Of a stretch of 64,000 nt of DNA, positions 15,117 through 28,642 are shown in pieces. Position numbers and translations under genes: made by a program. This stretch comes from Rhizophagus irregularis (taxonomy: Eukaryota). The notes under the pieces are model-generated. The model was not told the origin of the DNA and did not search any database. It saw only the letters and a program-made list of their open reading frames with translations. How positions within the stretch are numbered: the stretch's first letter is position 1; the number at the start of each line of letters is the position of its first letter. The DNA lies in contig NC_089431.1 of assembly GCF_026210795.1 (NCBI RefSeq), positions 4,898,001 through 4,962,000 on the forward strand. The letters are read 5' to 3'.

Positions 15117-16711
15117 ACCGTCTATGCTTTCAAAAGTCTTTGAAGTTGGTCAATAATATTTTACTGGTCCTTGTATCTCTTCGACATTATCAAAAAAATT
15201 TTCTTCTAGGTAATCAAAACCATTAATTTCACATTCAGATTGTGTACCATCATCTGTGAGTTTATGTACTTGAAAGTCTCCTCCTTGACGAATTATTGTA
15301 TACGTGACCATTTCAAATAATGTTTCACAAAAACCTCCCAATTGTGTTATGTCCGTTACACTATTGAAAAATCAAATAGTTCCTTTTTATAATTTAGTTG
15401 TAATTGTTTTAAGCATCTATCTGCCAAATATTTTGATGAAAAGAAGCAGGTTGACGTTGTGTATAGCAAAAATTCACCCATCTATTCAATGTTGGTATGC
15501 ATATGAATTAATTTATAGGTATATTCATCACCTGAGAGGATTTGGCCTTGGTGATATAATATACCTTTCTCAATAGCCATTTCAATATCTACCAGTGACA
15601 TTGAAAAATCCACCTTGTAATCCCACCGCATAACTCAAACTTATCTTTTAAGGATTTTAGAGTCAATTTGTCTTTAAATAGATGATCTTTAAGCTCATAT
15701 CCATTCCACGTTGGCATGTATAGTTTTTTGCACCACTGCCTTGCAAAATCTCCAATTATTTCTTTGGCGAACTCACATAATTAACTTTCTGTTAGAAAAA
15801 TCATGACCCACTTGGTCCCTTTTTCCATCAATTATACACCTGTTCTTCTGCTATTTGTCAGTATTGTACCTTGTTACTTACATATTCTATAATAAAGCAA
15901 TACCATAACAGTTTAATAATCTAACAAAACTTTTTTATCCTTTTTAAGGAGCATTATTAGGATTAACTTTCCAAAGAATGTCTTTCCAATACCTGGATTG
16001 TCATTAATTAGGTACTATCACTTGAACTGTTTATTTTCTAATATAAAACTATATAAATACTTGTAACACTCTTGGTTATAAGCATCCATATCACCATCAT
16101 TTCCTGGCAATCTTGGAAACTTTTTATTACCTGGAAAAGATACAAGTCAACTTAGGAATGTTTTCATTCTTTAATAAAGCAAGATGAACATAAAGAAAGA
16201 TACCTTGTTGCCATTGTTTTTTTGCTCTATTATTTTATTCCTTGTCTTCCTCCATATTCCTTTTCCCTAATCAAAATAAAAAAATTATAGGACGTGGGAT
16301 AACGTGAATTTCCTGTTTGAGAGGTAAACCATTGGAAGACACTTACCATTGGTGGCAGGCACGAGGTGGTTGCACGATGATGATGTGAATGTGCTTATCC
16401 GGTGGTTTACCCGAGAAAATTTTCTTTGCCAATTTAGTTGTATCACCTCTGAATACTTCTCTAATGTTAATTTCAGTATTTACAAGTTTTTCTATGTTTT
16501 CATTGGTTTCTTCAATTTCAACCTTCCAAAGATCTATGTTAGAGCTACTAATAACATCCCTTTTCTTTTCCAAAATGTAGTCCATGAGAAGTCTGTCATT
16601 GAAATTTTCAAAAGGAATGGTATCGTCATTGATGGTAATATTTTCTCCAAGAACAGCCGGAAACACACGAGTGTCACCTAGAATAAAACAATTGAAAACC
16701 ATCTGCGCCAT
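15117..16711 (-). pseudogene. Crinkler (CRN)-type gene: N-terminal CRN domain, P-loop NTPase and probable REase-like C-terminus; disrupted
   Basis: N-terminus VFNCFILG..IDLWKV..HIHIIIVQPP, intron donor near 16346, Walker A-like NPGIGKTFF near 15975-16000, then MPTW, GGITRW and YY*PTSKTFESIDG. Several in-frame stops and frameshifts. Confidence 0.85.
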
Positions 16712-18868
16712 ATTTCTGTAAACGCGAAAATCGAGAGTTAAAAACAAGGTAATTTTTCAGTATGATACAGACAAATGGCTTTTTTTGAATACAACGTTAG
16801 ACCTAGAAGGTAGGGAATTTTCCTCGAATCTAGTTTGTACCTGGAATGGTGAAAGTACTCGAGATAACAAAGAGTATCATGTATATATGTTTTTTCATAA
16901 ATGGTTGTTGAATAATTACTATAAGCTGTGAGTCAGAGATGTTTCAAGTATATCAAGGATCAAATACAATTATGAAAAAAAATTATCAATAGAAAATCAG
17001 CTAACGTCACAGTTGTCACAAATGTCCGAGGATCGAAAAAAATAATTATTTACTTGCTTGATAAAAACTTTTTTTCGTGGTAAAAATGATTGAGACAATT
17101 TGGAAATGATTTTATCATAAATTCCCAACATTACGCAATTTTAACGGCATCATGACACATATGGGTGACGATCAAAATAATCAGGTGTCAGTAAAACATT
17201 ACACAAACAAAGTATGCGTTTGACAACAAATATGAATGGATATTTAATGGTATGAATAATAATAATAGAATGACTTCTTGGTAAAATTTTCGATTTATTG
17301 GATAGGAATGAAAAATTGCAAGAAAAAGAATTTGCAAAGTTTAACAATAATTATGATTAAGTGTTGTTGGATAATTTTACATTGATGATAATTTGTTAAG
17401 CTACACAATAATTAAAAATTTATCTTTATTTCTTTATTGAAGAAATCTTTTATTCGAAAAAAAATATATTAATTTAGTACTTAGTACGAAATTATATTTG
17501 GTTAAAACAATAACTTATTTTACAAAACTTGGTAAAATATTCATCATATTCCATAGGTGTACCCTTTTCTTTAATTATATTATTTACTATATTATGTTTA
17601 ACGAAGCTTTGTGATCATTTAAACATCAAATCATCATATATGTACTATACTAGAATTTGAGTTTGAATAACAGGAGAAATCACTAGCTTATTAAATTGAC
17701 TACTAGTATATAAAGTGGAATTGTACCTTCCTGATATATTTTAATTTTTCACATAAATATACCTGTTTCTGTAATGTCAGTATAGACCAGCGAAATGTGT
17801 GAAACCTTTTTATATTATTGGTTCGAATTGCTCAAGAGAATAGAAGAATTGAGTACGATAATAAAACAAAGTAGTTTGTCAATTGAAACTAATCACTCCC
17901 GAATTAGGATGAACATGTGATGCGCAGTAATATGAATAAGAAAGCTAGAATCAAGCAATACAAAGTGAAGATGTTAATATCACTCAATTTGACAGATATA
18001 CGGAGAGATATAGAATTTATAGACAAATACGTGTCACTTATTTGATATATATTGATTTGTATTAATCCGAAAAGCTTATTATAGTTAATCATTATAGTAA
18101 ATTTAATGATATAGAGAGAATTTTTAGAATAGAGGGATTAAAATCCTTTTCAAAATCCTAATAAAGATAAAATTCTCACGTTAATAATTTTGAAAGTTAA
18201 AAAAATTTTTTTTTGGGTTTCGGCTTAACGAGACATATTTGCAGTATAATTTGTTCAAACGTTTAACCTTTGCGAAATAGAAAGTTTCCAATAATAAATT
18301 ATTACATATAAAAATTACAAATTGAAACGGTTTCATTGTTTAATCACATGATATTATCGAATAGCTAAAATTGCTCCTAATTTTGCAGACCGTATTACAA
18401 TAATTTTGGCCAACATTACATATCACGTGCACTCGAGAGTCAGTCACACGAGGGCGAGCATTTTTGGGTTGGGGAGTCAAAAATGTATTCAATTAGAACA
18501 ATACTACCTAGGGCTGGTTACGGTGCTCGGACCAGACACTGTACAGGACTATATAAAATTGGCACCATCATTTATACTTGTTTCTTCTTCATAAAACATG
18601 AATTTACCTATTGTGAGTTTGTGACAATAGATATGATTGGCGTTAACACTGTACATGTGCGACTCAACCTATCTATTTGTACATCAGCTCCTGTTACAAT
18701 TACGGAGTACTTAATGTGGGACCTGCTAAAAAAGTAAGGCTTTTTCTAATATAAAGTTTTGTGTGGCATTACCTGAATGGGGGAGTAGTATAAGTCCAAC
18801 TTAAAAAATGATCTGCAAACGAATTTTCATTTCAACTTTACCCTTTTTTATTCATTTTAATAATTATA

Positions 18869-20360
18869 ATGGTCGATAATAAGCTTTTACCAAAATTATC
18901 ACAAAATTTTCTTGAAATTTTGGATGATGAAGAATATTATGATATTACAATTGAAGTTGGTAATGATCCTGATATAAAAATATTTCGCGCTCATATGATT
19001 ATTTTAAATTATCGTTCTCCTTATTTAAGAAGAATTTTATCAACTAATAAAAAGAAAAATGATGAAACATTGGTACATATTAAATTATCGAATATTTCGC
19101 CCGAAATTTTTAGTGTGATTTTGAGGTAAGAATAAAGATTATAAATTAGAAGTTAATAAGTATTTTTTTTTTTAATTTGTAATCATTTATTTTAGGTATA
19201 TTTATGGAGGAAAGTTATCATTGGAAGAATATGATAATTCAGATATTATTAAAATCTTGATCGTTGCTAATGAACTTAGTCTTCAAGAATTATTTCCCTA
19301 TTTAGAAACCTTTTTGATTGAAAGAAAAGCGGATTGGATGGAACAAAACTTTGATTTGATATATCGAACGAGTTTTGAAAATAATTCTTTTTTACGATTA
19401 CAAAATTACTGTACTGATTTAATTGCTAAAGCGCCCAATAAGATTTTCAATTCACCAAAATTTTCTTCAATACCAGAAAAACTTTTGGTCTCACTTATTC
19501 AAAATAAAGGTACTCAAGCAAGTGAAGTACAAGTTTGGGAACATACGATTAAATGGGGAATTGCTCAAAATCCGAAACTTCCCTCTAACATTGAAAACTA
19601 TTCAAAAGATGATTTTAACGCTTTAAAGAATACCTTACAACAATGTATTCCTTTAATTAGATTTCATAATTTAACTTCCAAGGAATTTTCGGAAAAAGTT
19701 TTACCTTATAAAAAAGTTTTTCCAAAAGAATTATATAAGAGTTTAATAAAAGATTTTTTAAATAATGATAGAAAGCCAATTGAGCAAGTTGAAAAAATGA
19801 AACCATGTGTAACAGATGAGATTATTAAAACAAATTTAAAAAATATTGATTCTGAAATCATTACATTTCAACATTCCAAATTAATTTCAAAATGGATTGA
19901 TAGATTAGAAAGTACGAACGAAATTAAAAATTCGCATGAATTTAAATTAATTTTTCGTGCATCTTGTGATGGATTTAATCCAAAAAAATTTCATTATGTT
20001 TGCGATAATCAATCTCGTACTGTAACGATTATTAAAGTTAAAGATAGTAATGAAATTTTAGGAGGGTATAATCCACTTAAATGGAAATCTGATAATAGCT
20101 TTGGTATTACCAAAGATAGTTTTATATTTTCTTTTAGAAATAGTAATTATATTTTAAGTCGTGTAATCAATGAAAGGGAAGCCATGAAAAATGATTCATT
20201 CAATGGTCCATCATTTGGAACTGATGACATGTGTTTATTTTTAGTTTTTGGATTTTTTGGATTAAGAGTTCGTTGCAAAAGAACTAATTATGAAAAACAG
20301 ATTAGAGAAAATTATGAAAGTTCTTTTGTAAAAGATTTTGAAGTATTTCAAATTTTGTAG
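18869..20360 (+). CDS. BTB/POZ-BACK-TLDc domain protein, 2 exons (18869-19125, 19196-20360)
   Basis: FRAHMIILNYRSPYL, conserved intron position, and TLDc motifs FRASCDGF, GGYNP, GPSFG and FEVFQ. Confidence 0.93.
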
Positions 20361-20896
20361 AATTACGTGAATAATATTTATTCATAATTATTACTTTTTA
20401 ACGCATATTTTTTTTTTGTATTGGAATAAATAATTTTTATTTCTTAAAGCCACAAATAAATAAATTTATATAAGTATTTATTTTTATAAAATTACGATTG
20501 AGAAATCAATATGTTTTATTTTCAAATTTAAATCGTGAAATGTAAATCCTTGGATAATATGGCTGAAATCTTGTGGTTAGATAGTTGCGAACAAATGTGT
20601 TTTTAGAATATCTATGGTAACAATATATTTTAATTCACGATATCGCGTTAGAATAGAGGACGTAAATTTCGTAATTAGTATTTTTTTTTTTTTCCTATCA
20701 ATTATTATTGTACGAATTTTTTTCAATAACATGATACTGAAAAATTACAAACCGACGTTACGGTAAATTTATATTAATTTTCCATATTTACCATATTAGG
20801 AAAGATTGCGTAATGCTGCATATGAAAAAAAATATAAATTCAAGAACGATCTGCATCGATTTTTAGAATCATTTTCATTTTTTAAAATTTATTATA

Positions 20897-22377
20897 ATGA
20901 TCGCTAATAAACTTTTACCAAAATTATCACAAAATTTTCTTGAAATTTTAAATGATGAAGAATATTATGATATTACAATTGAAGTTGGTAATGACCCTAA
21001 CGTAAAAATATTTCGTGCTCATATGGTAATTTTAAATTATCGTTCTCCTTATTTACGAAGAGTTTTATCAACAAATAAAAAGAAAAATGATGGAACTTTG
21101 GCGCACATTAAATTACCAAATATTTCACCTGAAATTTTTAGTGTGGTTTTAAGGTAAAAATAAAAATAAAAATAAAATTTATTAATAAACATTTAAAATT
21201 ATTATACTTTATTAAATTCAAAGCGTTTATTTTTAGATATATTTATGCAGGGAAATTATCTTTGGAAGAATATGAGGTTTCGGATATCATCAAAATCTTG
21301 GTCACTGCTAATGAACTTAGTCTTCAAGAATTATTTCCCTATTTAGAAACTTTTTTGATTAAGAGGAAGGCGGACTGGATGGAACAAAACTTTGATTTTA
21401 TATATCGAACGAGTTTTAAAAATGATTCTTTTTTACAACTTCAAAAATATTGTACTGATTTAATTGCTAAAGAACCATATAAGATTTTCAATTCTCCAAA
21501 CTTTTCTTTAATTCCAGAAAACCTTTTGATCTCACTTATTCAAAATGAAAATGTTCAATTGAATGAAGTACAAGTCTGGGAACATGTGATTAAATGGGGA
21601 CTTGCTCAAAATTCGGGACTTCCATCTGACATTGAAAGCTTTTCAAAAGACGACTTCAATGCTTTAAAGAATACCTTACAACAATGCATTCCTTTAATTA
21701 GATTTCATGATTTAACTTCCAAGGAATTTTCGGAAAAAGTGACGCCTTACAAAAAAATATTTCCAAAGGAATTATATAAAAGTTTATTAAAAGATTTTTT
21801 AAACAATGATAGCAAACCAATCAAGCCAAATGAAATATCAAAACCTGAAATAGGATCAATAAGTTCAAAAAATATTGATTCTACAATCATTACGTTTCAA
21901 CATGTTGAATTAATCTCAAAATGGATAGATAGGTTAGAGTATACGGACAAAATAAAAAATTTATATGAATTTAAATTAATTTTTCGTGGATCTATTAAAG
22001 AATGTACGGCCGAAAATTTCCATGAAATTTGTGTTAACCAAGCCCGTACTGTCACATTTATTAAAGTTGAAGACAGTGATGAAATTTTGGGAGGGTATAA
22101 TCCGATTGAATGGAAATCTGATAATAATTTTAGCAGTACTAAAGATAGTTTCATATTTTCTTTTAGGAATAATGAATATATTTTAAGTCGGGTAATAGAT
22201 GAAAAGAGAGCTATACGTAGTTATTCGTCTGATGGTCCATCATTTGGACAATATGATTTGAGTTTTAATATTTATTGGTCTGTAATTAGTTGCAATAAAT
22301 CTGATTATGAAAAACAAATTAGAGAAAATGGTAGGGGTTCTCTTGTAAAAGAACTTGAAATATTTCAAATTTTTTAG
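20897..22377 (+). CDS. BTB/POZ-BACK-TLDc domain protein, 2 exons (20897-21153, 21237-22377); tandem paralog of the previous gene
   Basis: Highly similar to the 18869-20360 protein, with the same intron and a shared 3' flank GTGAATAATATTTATTCATAA. Confidence 0.93.
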
Positions 22378-23619
22378 AATTAGCGTGAATAATATTTATT
22401 CATAAATATTTTTTTATTTACTTAATTTATTATTTCCAAAATTCTTAATAATTTTTATATATTTTTTTTTTATTGGACATTCGTTTGCCTTAAAACTGTT
22501 AATAAATTTGTAACTATTTACTATTTTAAAAATTATGTAGTATTGATTATATTAATGATTGTTAGATTTGACATATATCATAAATACAGTACTAGATGAA
22601 TTGGTTTATGTTAAGTACGATGTAATTATGCGAACACCAATCTTTAGCTCTAAAAATGATCCAAATGTCGAATTATTGAATTATTGACTGAAAATACTAT
22701 ATGTAGTGAATAAATCAATTGACTAGTTCAACTAAGATATACAGTAAACTATATAATTTCTGAATAAAAAGTGTTTTTGTATCCTTGAAGTATGTCCTGG
22801 ATTTAATAATTTAAGTAAAAAAATTTTTCTTTAAATTCAAAGAGGTGGAGGAAATATTTGAAGCCAAATTTTTATTAATAATTTACAATAATTGTTAACT
22901 GTTTATAATGTAATTTATTTTTATTCGAATCTTTAAGGTAAAAACTATTTATATCTAGTACAGTATGAATTTTTTTTTCCGATTTTCCAATATCAATTCA
23001 ATAACGTATATATTGAGAAATTACGATAATTCTGCCGTGCTTTTGACTTTATTGAATTTCTATATTCAGAAAGATTGCGTAATACTTCATATGAAAAAAA
23101 TACCTGGTAGTACTATTAAATTTTATTATCCTAAAGTAATATATCACTGATTAATTATTTTTATGTACAGATCAAGCTACTCTAATGTTATCAAAAGATG
23201 ACCATTGATAGAACATCTGATAAAATTTCAACATCTGGATTGCAAGTTGCTAAAGGTGCAATATTATTTTATTAGTATCATATTCTAAATAATTGAAATG
23301 TTTATTTTTATTTGAATTATTAATAAAAAATTATTTTTTTGCAACAAATTAACGTTAACAATTAAAAAATGAAAGTGCTACTACAAGTAGACGAAAATAA
23401 TAAAAATATTTCTAATTCAAATGTTAATATTGAAAGTTAACTAACTTTAAAATTACTTTTCATAATTGTTCATTTAATTTTTAAAAAAATTATGTATTTG
23501 TGATTTATATATTGAATATTCATTTATTATATATCTCTAATAATTAATAAAGCTATTCAATAAATATAAGAAATGTACATTGTATTCTATAAATATAAGT
23601 ATTATTTTTATAATATAAT

Positions 23620-24120
23620 CACTTATTTTGGATTATTATGAAGGTACTATTGCTAATGATATTAATGACTTATTATAGTATCCTACAGATGTAAAAATTT
23701 ATTTGGTTATTAATGAAGCTCATGAGTAATCAAATTGCATTTTCTGAAATTCTCGAATTTGTTAAATACGAAGAACTTTTTCACGGTAGGACTTATAATA
23801 TGTTAGTTTATGAAGATTCTTTATTAGAAGAGAACTTAAATCAAAATGATGATGAGAAACTAATGAGACTGATTATGAACTAAGAGAAATTAGCAAAGCT
23901 GCAGATTTGGTTAATATATGTGATATTTTTGATTTAGAAGAAAGTACTAATAACCATGATAAAGAAGGTCGAAATAAAATAAATTTTATGCATAAATAGT
24001 TAGTTAGGTAAGGTATTATTTGGGAATATAACAATAAAACATTGAAAACAGGCGTTTTGTTGTCAGGAAAATTAGATATTTTACTTTTGGTATCACAACA
24101 TCAAAAACATGAAGCTCTTT
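23620..24120 (+). pseudogene. Possible decayed P-loop NTPase-like coding remnant
   Basis: Fragment KIYLVINEAHE resembles a Walker B motif and GVLLSG follows downstream. Many stops; the assignment is tentative. Confidence 0.25.
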
Positions 24121-25520
24121 CTAAAATTCGGAAGATAACAAATCATTGAAACCAATTCAACTTTAAACCTTAATCCTAATAAGGTTAACACAATAACTCG
24201 AAAATCTGGAATTTTAAGAATAAAAAGATGGAAAACTAAATGTCGTTTAGAAACATTGAAAAGATATCAAAATGCTCCAGGAAATTATTATTTATGTTTG
24301 TAAAAAAAATGGGTTCATACCAACAGTTATTTCATTAAATTATTGTTCGAAGCGTATTGAACACCACGTGTATGCCAACATAATTTTAGATAATTTAGAA
24401 TCAGGTGTAACACGTTAATATAATAAATAATAATATACTAATGATCATGCGATTATAATGCTTCTGTATATTTTTTGAAAATTTTATTAGTAACGTGAAT
24501 GTAACCTCTATTATAATTATCTAAGGTCCTTACACCGTGTATCAGAAAATTCTATACATTCATAATTTATTTGTGTGACCGCCTGATTGTTTCAACATCA
24601 TGATGCATGCATATGAATTCTTTGTGAAAAATCTCAGATATGTATGATGACGATTGATAAGAAACAATATTATTCACTTTTTCTTTTCCAAGAAAATCAT
24701 GTGATACAAAGGAATTTGATACAGATAATCCTTTTAAAAAAGCATGTGTATTTTTCTTTACTTTCAAATATAACAATATTTGTAAAATTTTACGGCGAAT
24801 TAAGTTTTAAGTTTCTATAACGCTGTTATTTTGTTTGTATGATGCTATATTTGCTCTATTTATTTATTATAATGAAAATTTTTTATATTCTTTCAGCTAC
24901 AGTGAAAAATTTAGCATATAATTTATTTATATATTACAACTTAAATAAAACTATCTTCTAATTTATCTATTTTCAAGGTAAAAAAGAAATTGTTTTAACT
25001 AATGAACAATTATAATTATAAAGGTATATAAAGGATAGGAATAACGAAAGTGAAATAAAAAAAATTCTGATCAACACATGACCTGATAAAATGTCACAAA
25101 CATGTGGATTTTTCCGTTACACAATTTATATTATTTATATGGAGAATATTCTAAACGTCGGATGATAGTCATTTATATGTTTCGGAAGATTAAAATTTTA
25201 TAATTGGTATAAAACCAAGTAATTGCATTTTTAGTAAGTTATTGGTCACGAGTACAAATTTAGATACATAATAAGTACAAATTTAGTATTTTATTAAAAA
25301 AAAAAATAAATATATGTAATTAGTATAAAACTTATGTAATACATTATTAAAAAAATAATTTTATTGGATGACCCAAACTTAGTACATAAAATTAACGATA
25401 ACATTTCAACGCCACGTGATACACAGGATTAATTTGGCGTAGATTGTGCGACACAAAATCGACATATAATTTACCCAATTCGAAATTCGATATTTTCTCG
25501 CTTTTCACTTTCCATACAAT

Positions 25521-27125
25521 ATGTCATGTTCAAAAATATTTTCAGGAAATTTACCTGAATTAACTTATAAAGTTATAAAATATTTTCAAAATGATTATTC
25601 TACTTTACATTCATGCATTTTAGTTAACAGATTATGGTGTCGTTTAGCGATTCCATTATTATGGGAAAATCCATTTTCAATTCCTACTGGAAACTATAAA
25701 TTTATTGAAGTTTATTTAAATAATTTAAATGATGATTTTAAAACAAAATTAAATGAGCATAAAATTATTAATAATTCATTACCTTTAAATACACTGTTCA
25801 ATTATCCTAAATTTTTAAAAAATTTGAATATATATAAATTTATTTTCTCTGTTGAAAAATGGTTTGAAACGACTATTAGAACTATAAAACCAGAAAATAG
25901 ATTATATTCAGTATCAGATTTTATAAGATTAATTGATATATCATTATTTAAAATTTTTATTGAAAATGAAGTATATTTACATACTCTTGAAATTGAGATC
26001 TCAGGTACTTATTATAACACATATATTGATAATATTCTTGAATTAATTTTACAAAATCCAAATTTTATTTATAATATTAGAAATTTAAAACTTTATATTA
26101 GTAGTTCAACTGATTTCTGGTTTTATACCAATAGTAATGAATATACATTAATTAAATATCATATATTTCAAATAATTAATTTACGTCAAAATCTTAAAAA
26201 AATTTTTTTAAGTTATGATAATTTTTCTTTATATCAATCATTATTATTATCAAAAGATTATAATTGTTCAAATACTTTAAATACAATCATTTTTTATTAT
26301 ATCGATTTTAAAAGTATAATTAATTTAAATGAAATATTTGAACAATTAAATGTTTTAGAATCCGTTCATATAATTAATTGTTATTCCTTAAGTATCAGTT
26401 TTACTCAACAAATTATTAATTTAACTAAACCATTTAAATTAAAATCTTTATTTATAAATGAGATATCACAAATTGAGCCATTAGAATTATTATTCCAAAA
26501 ATCTGGTGATTATTTAGAAAATTTTGGGTATGATTTTGGATTTATTTATAACTTATTATTTAAACAACAATTATTAGAATTAATTATAAAATATTGTAAA
26601 AATATCAGATTTCTTGATTCATGTGGAAATGATGACCGGATTATTCATCTAGTATTCAATTTAATTGAAAATATAAAACAAAATCTTAATTATCTTTCGA
26701 TCAGTACATCATCATATGATAATAATCGTGAATGTAGTTCAATTATATTACAAAATTTAGGACAAATTCTTCCTACTAAATTAGAATATTTACGTTTAAG
26801 TATTCATCATATTAAAATAAGTGATTTTGAAGTATTTCTAAAAAATTCTCAAGATACTTTTATTAAGAAATTATTGATTCATAACACTACAGGTCAAGAT
26901 ATTTTACCCTCTATAAAAAATTATATTATGAAAAAGAAAAAAGTTAAATATTTGTCTATTTATAATTCTTACTTTGTAGCTAGATTATATGATATTGTAG
27001 ATCATAGTAGTGATTTGTTTTCATTTAATAATGAAGTGAAGGAATTTGGATTATATAATATTAAAGTACAAAGTTATTCTAGCTTAATGATTCGCTTAAG
27101 TGATTTTGTAAAGGAACTTGATTAA
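25521..27125 (+). CDS. F-box-like / RNI-like LRR protein, single exon, 534 aa
   Basis: N-terminal F-box-like motif LPELTYKVIKYFQNDYSTLHSCILVNRLWCRLAIPLLWENPF, followed by LxxL repeats (FKLKSLFI, LEYLRLSI). Confidence 0.88.
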   Translation: MSCSKIFSGNLPELTYKVIKYFQNDYSTLHSCILVNRLWCRLAIPLLWENPFSIPTGNYKFIEVYLNNLNDDFKTKLNEHKIINNSLPLNTLFNYPKFLKNLNIYKFIFSVEKWFETTIRTIKPENRLYSVSDFIRLIDISLFKIFIENEVYLHTLEIEISGTYYNTYIDNILELILQNPNFIYNIRNLKLYISSSTDFWFYTNSNEYTLIKYHIFQIINLRQNLKKIFLSYDNFSLYQSLLLSKDYNCSNTLNTIIFYYIDFKSIINLNEIFEQLNVLESVHIINCYSLSISFTQQIINLTKPFKLKSLFINEISQIEPLELLFQKSGDYLENFGYDFGFIYNLLFKQQLLELIIKYCKNIRFLDSCGNDDRIIHLVFNLIENIKQNLNYLSISTSSYDNNRECSSIILQNLGQILPTKLEYLRLSIHHIKISDFEVFLKNSQDTFIKKLLIHNTTGQDILPSIKNYIMKKKKVKYLSIYNSYFVARLYDIVDHSSDLFSFNNEVKEFGLYNIKVQSYSSLMIRLSDFVKELD

Positions 27126-27606
27126 TTATTTAGATAGGTTTATTCTTTTATATAAAGTTGCTTATAAATTTGTATGTTTTAAATAAAATATTCATTTATT
27201 TATTATTGTGATTAAGAAAATTTATTATTTACAACGATTTTTAATGTTTTAGCGTTACTTTTATGTACATAACTATAAGAGGATTCAATTTTATCCTACG
27301 AATATATGTAATTGTATATATATATATATATTGGGACTGTGCATTGAAGCGAACAATTAATTCATTTATACAACATTGATTGCATTAAAATATATCATGA
27401 TAAATTTATTTTAAAAAATGGTGCAGTTGTGCGATTTGCAAAAAAAAATTTTATACAATACACAAAAAAAAACAATACATGCACAACGAATTTTTAAAAC
27501 TGGTCATCATTATAACATAAAGAAGGAATAGGTATCGAGTATAGAAATCAGGTTGCGAATAGAAATTATAAATTTCAATATTGTTAGTAGAGTTAAATAG
27601 TATAAA

Positions 27607-27635
27607 CTAGCAGTTACCCGTTGCTCCGCACCGGG
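27607..27635 (-). mobile_element. Helitron 3' terminus (hairpin + CTAG); 5' extent not determined
   Basis: The reverse strand reads CCCGGTGCGGAGCAACGGG-TAACTG-CTAG|T, a GC-rich hairpin just before CTAG followed by host T. Confidence 0.65.
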
Positions 27636-28642
27636 ACCAATGAGGTTGTTTAAATAGAAAATTTTAGTATTATAATGTAATACTAAGTAAATTAAAGATG
27701 GTTACAGCAGTTTTTGTTTATAATTATAATTAGGAATTTAATATAGGTAATAATTAGTTAACAAAATAATATGTACTAAATTATAATTATAATATTAAAA
27801 TGATATAAATTATATTGGGAATTGGTAAACATCGCCTGGGTCTTCATATTTATTTGTTTATCGAATCTCATTTTCATTATAGGTTCAAGGTTCGTTTTCT
27901 CAGTTATTTTGGTCTTGAGGTATTTTTCTTTTTTTCTTTTTATTTTTTTTAAAAGGGGGGTGACGAAAAAAGAAGAAAAATTTAGAAAAAATAACAAAAA
28001 TAAGACAAGAGAAAAGAGAAGGAAGGGAAAGACAGAAAGGAAGATCGGAAGATCAAACTCATCAAAGTAAGGGCTTATATAAAAAAAACAAAAAACGTAT
28101 CATAACAAAACAATAAACAATCACGTGACCTCGTGTTATGATACGAGATTTTTGTAAAATTATTTTCTAAAAATATTAGTTTTTTTAAAAAATGTTCAAA
28201 AAATAATTGCTTATTAAATATACGGAATTTGTATACGGAATCTATAGAAACGTACATAAAATGTATACAAAACGTTTCCTTTCCGTATACATATTTCTTA
28301 TAGGGCATAACCAATTTGACATTTTAGTTATTTATTTCTTTATGCTACTATCAATCTTAATATCATTTTATGCTTTACATAATCCTTGTCATTACTCTTA
28401 TTTTTGCATACTAAACAGGGCTCACATATTTTTGAAAAATTTTCTCTAATTTTCAAATGATTCTGGAAACATTACTACGTAAAATTGTACTGTACAGGGA
28501 CAAAAGATCGTCATAATTATATTACACAAAAGTGTAACTCGGAAAATCATTTATAAACACTATTTCGAATGATCAACAAATAATTTTATTTTTTTTTAAC
28601 TATTTTTGTCGACAATTTTTTTTTTGTTTACTTCATAGCGCC

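Noticed and set aside
18400..18790. GC-richer segment with short ORFs upstream of a BTB gene
   Set aside because: No TIR, TSD, RNA-gene signature or protein motif could be supported.
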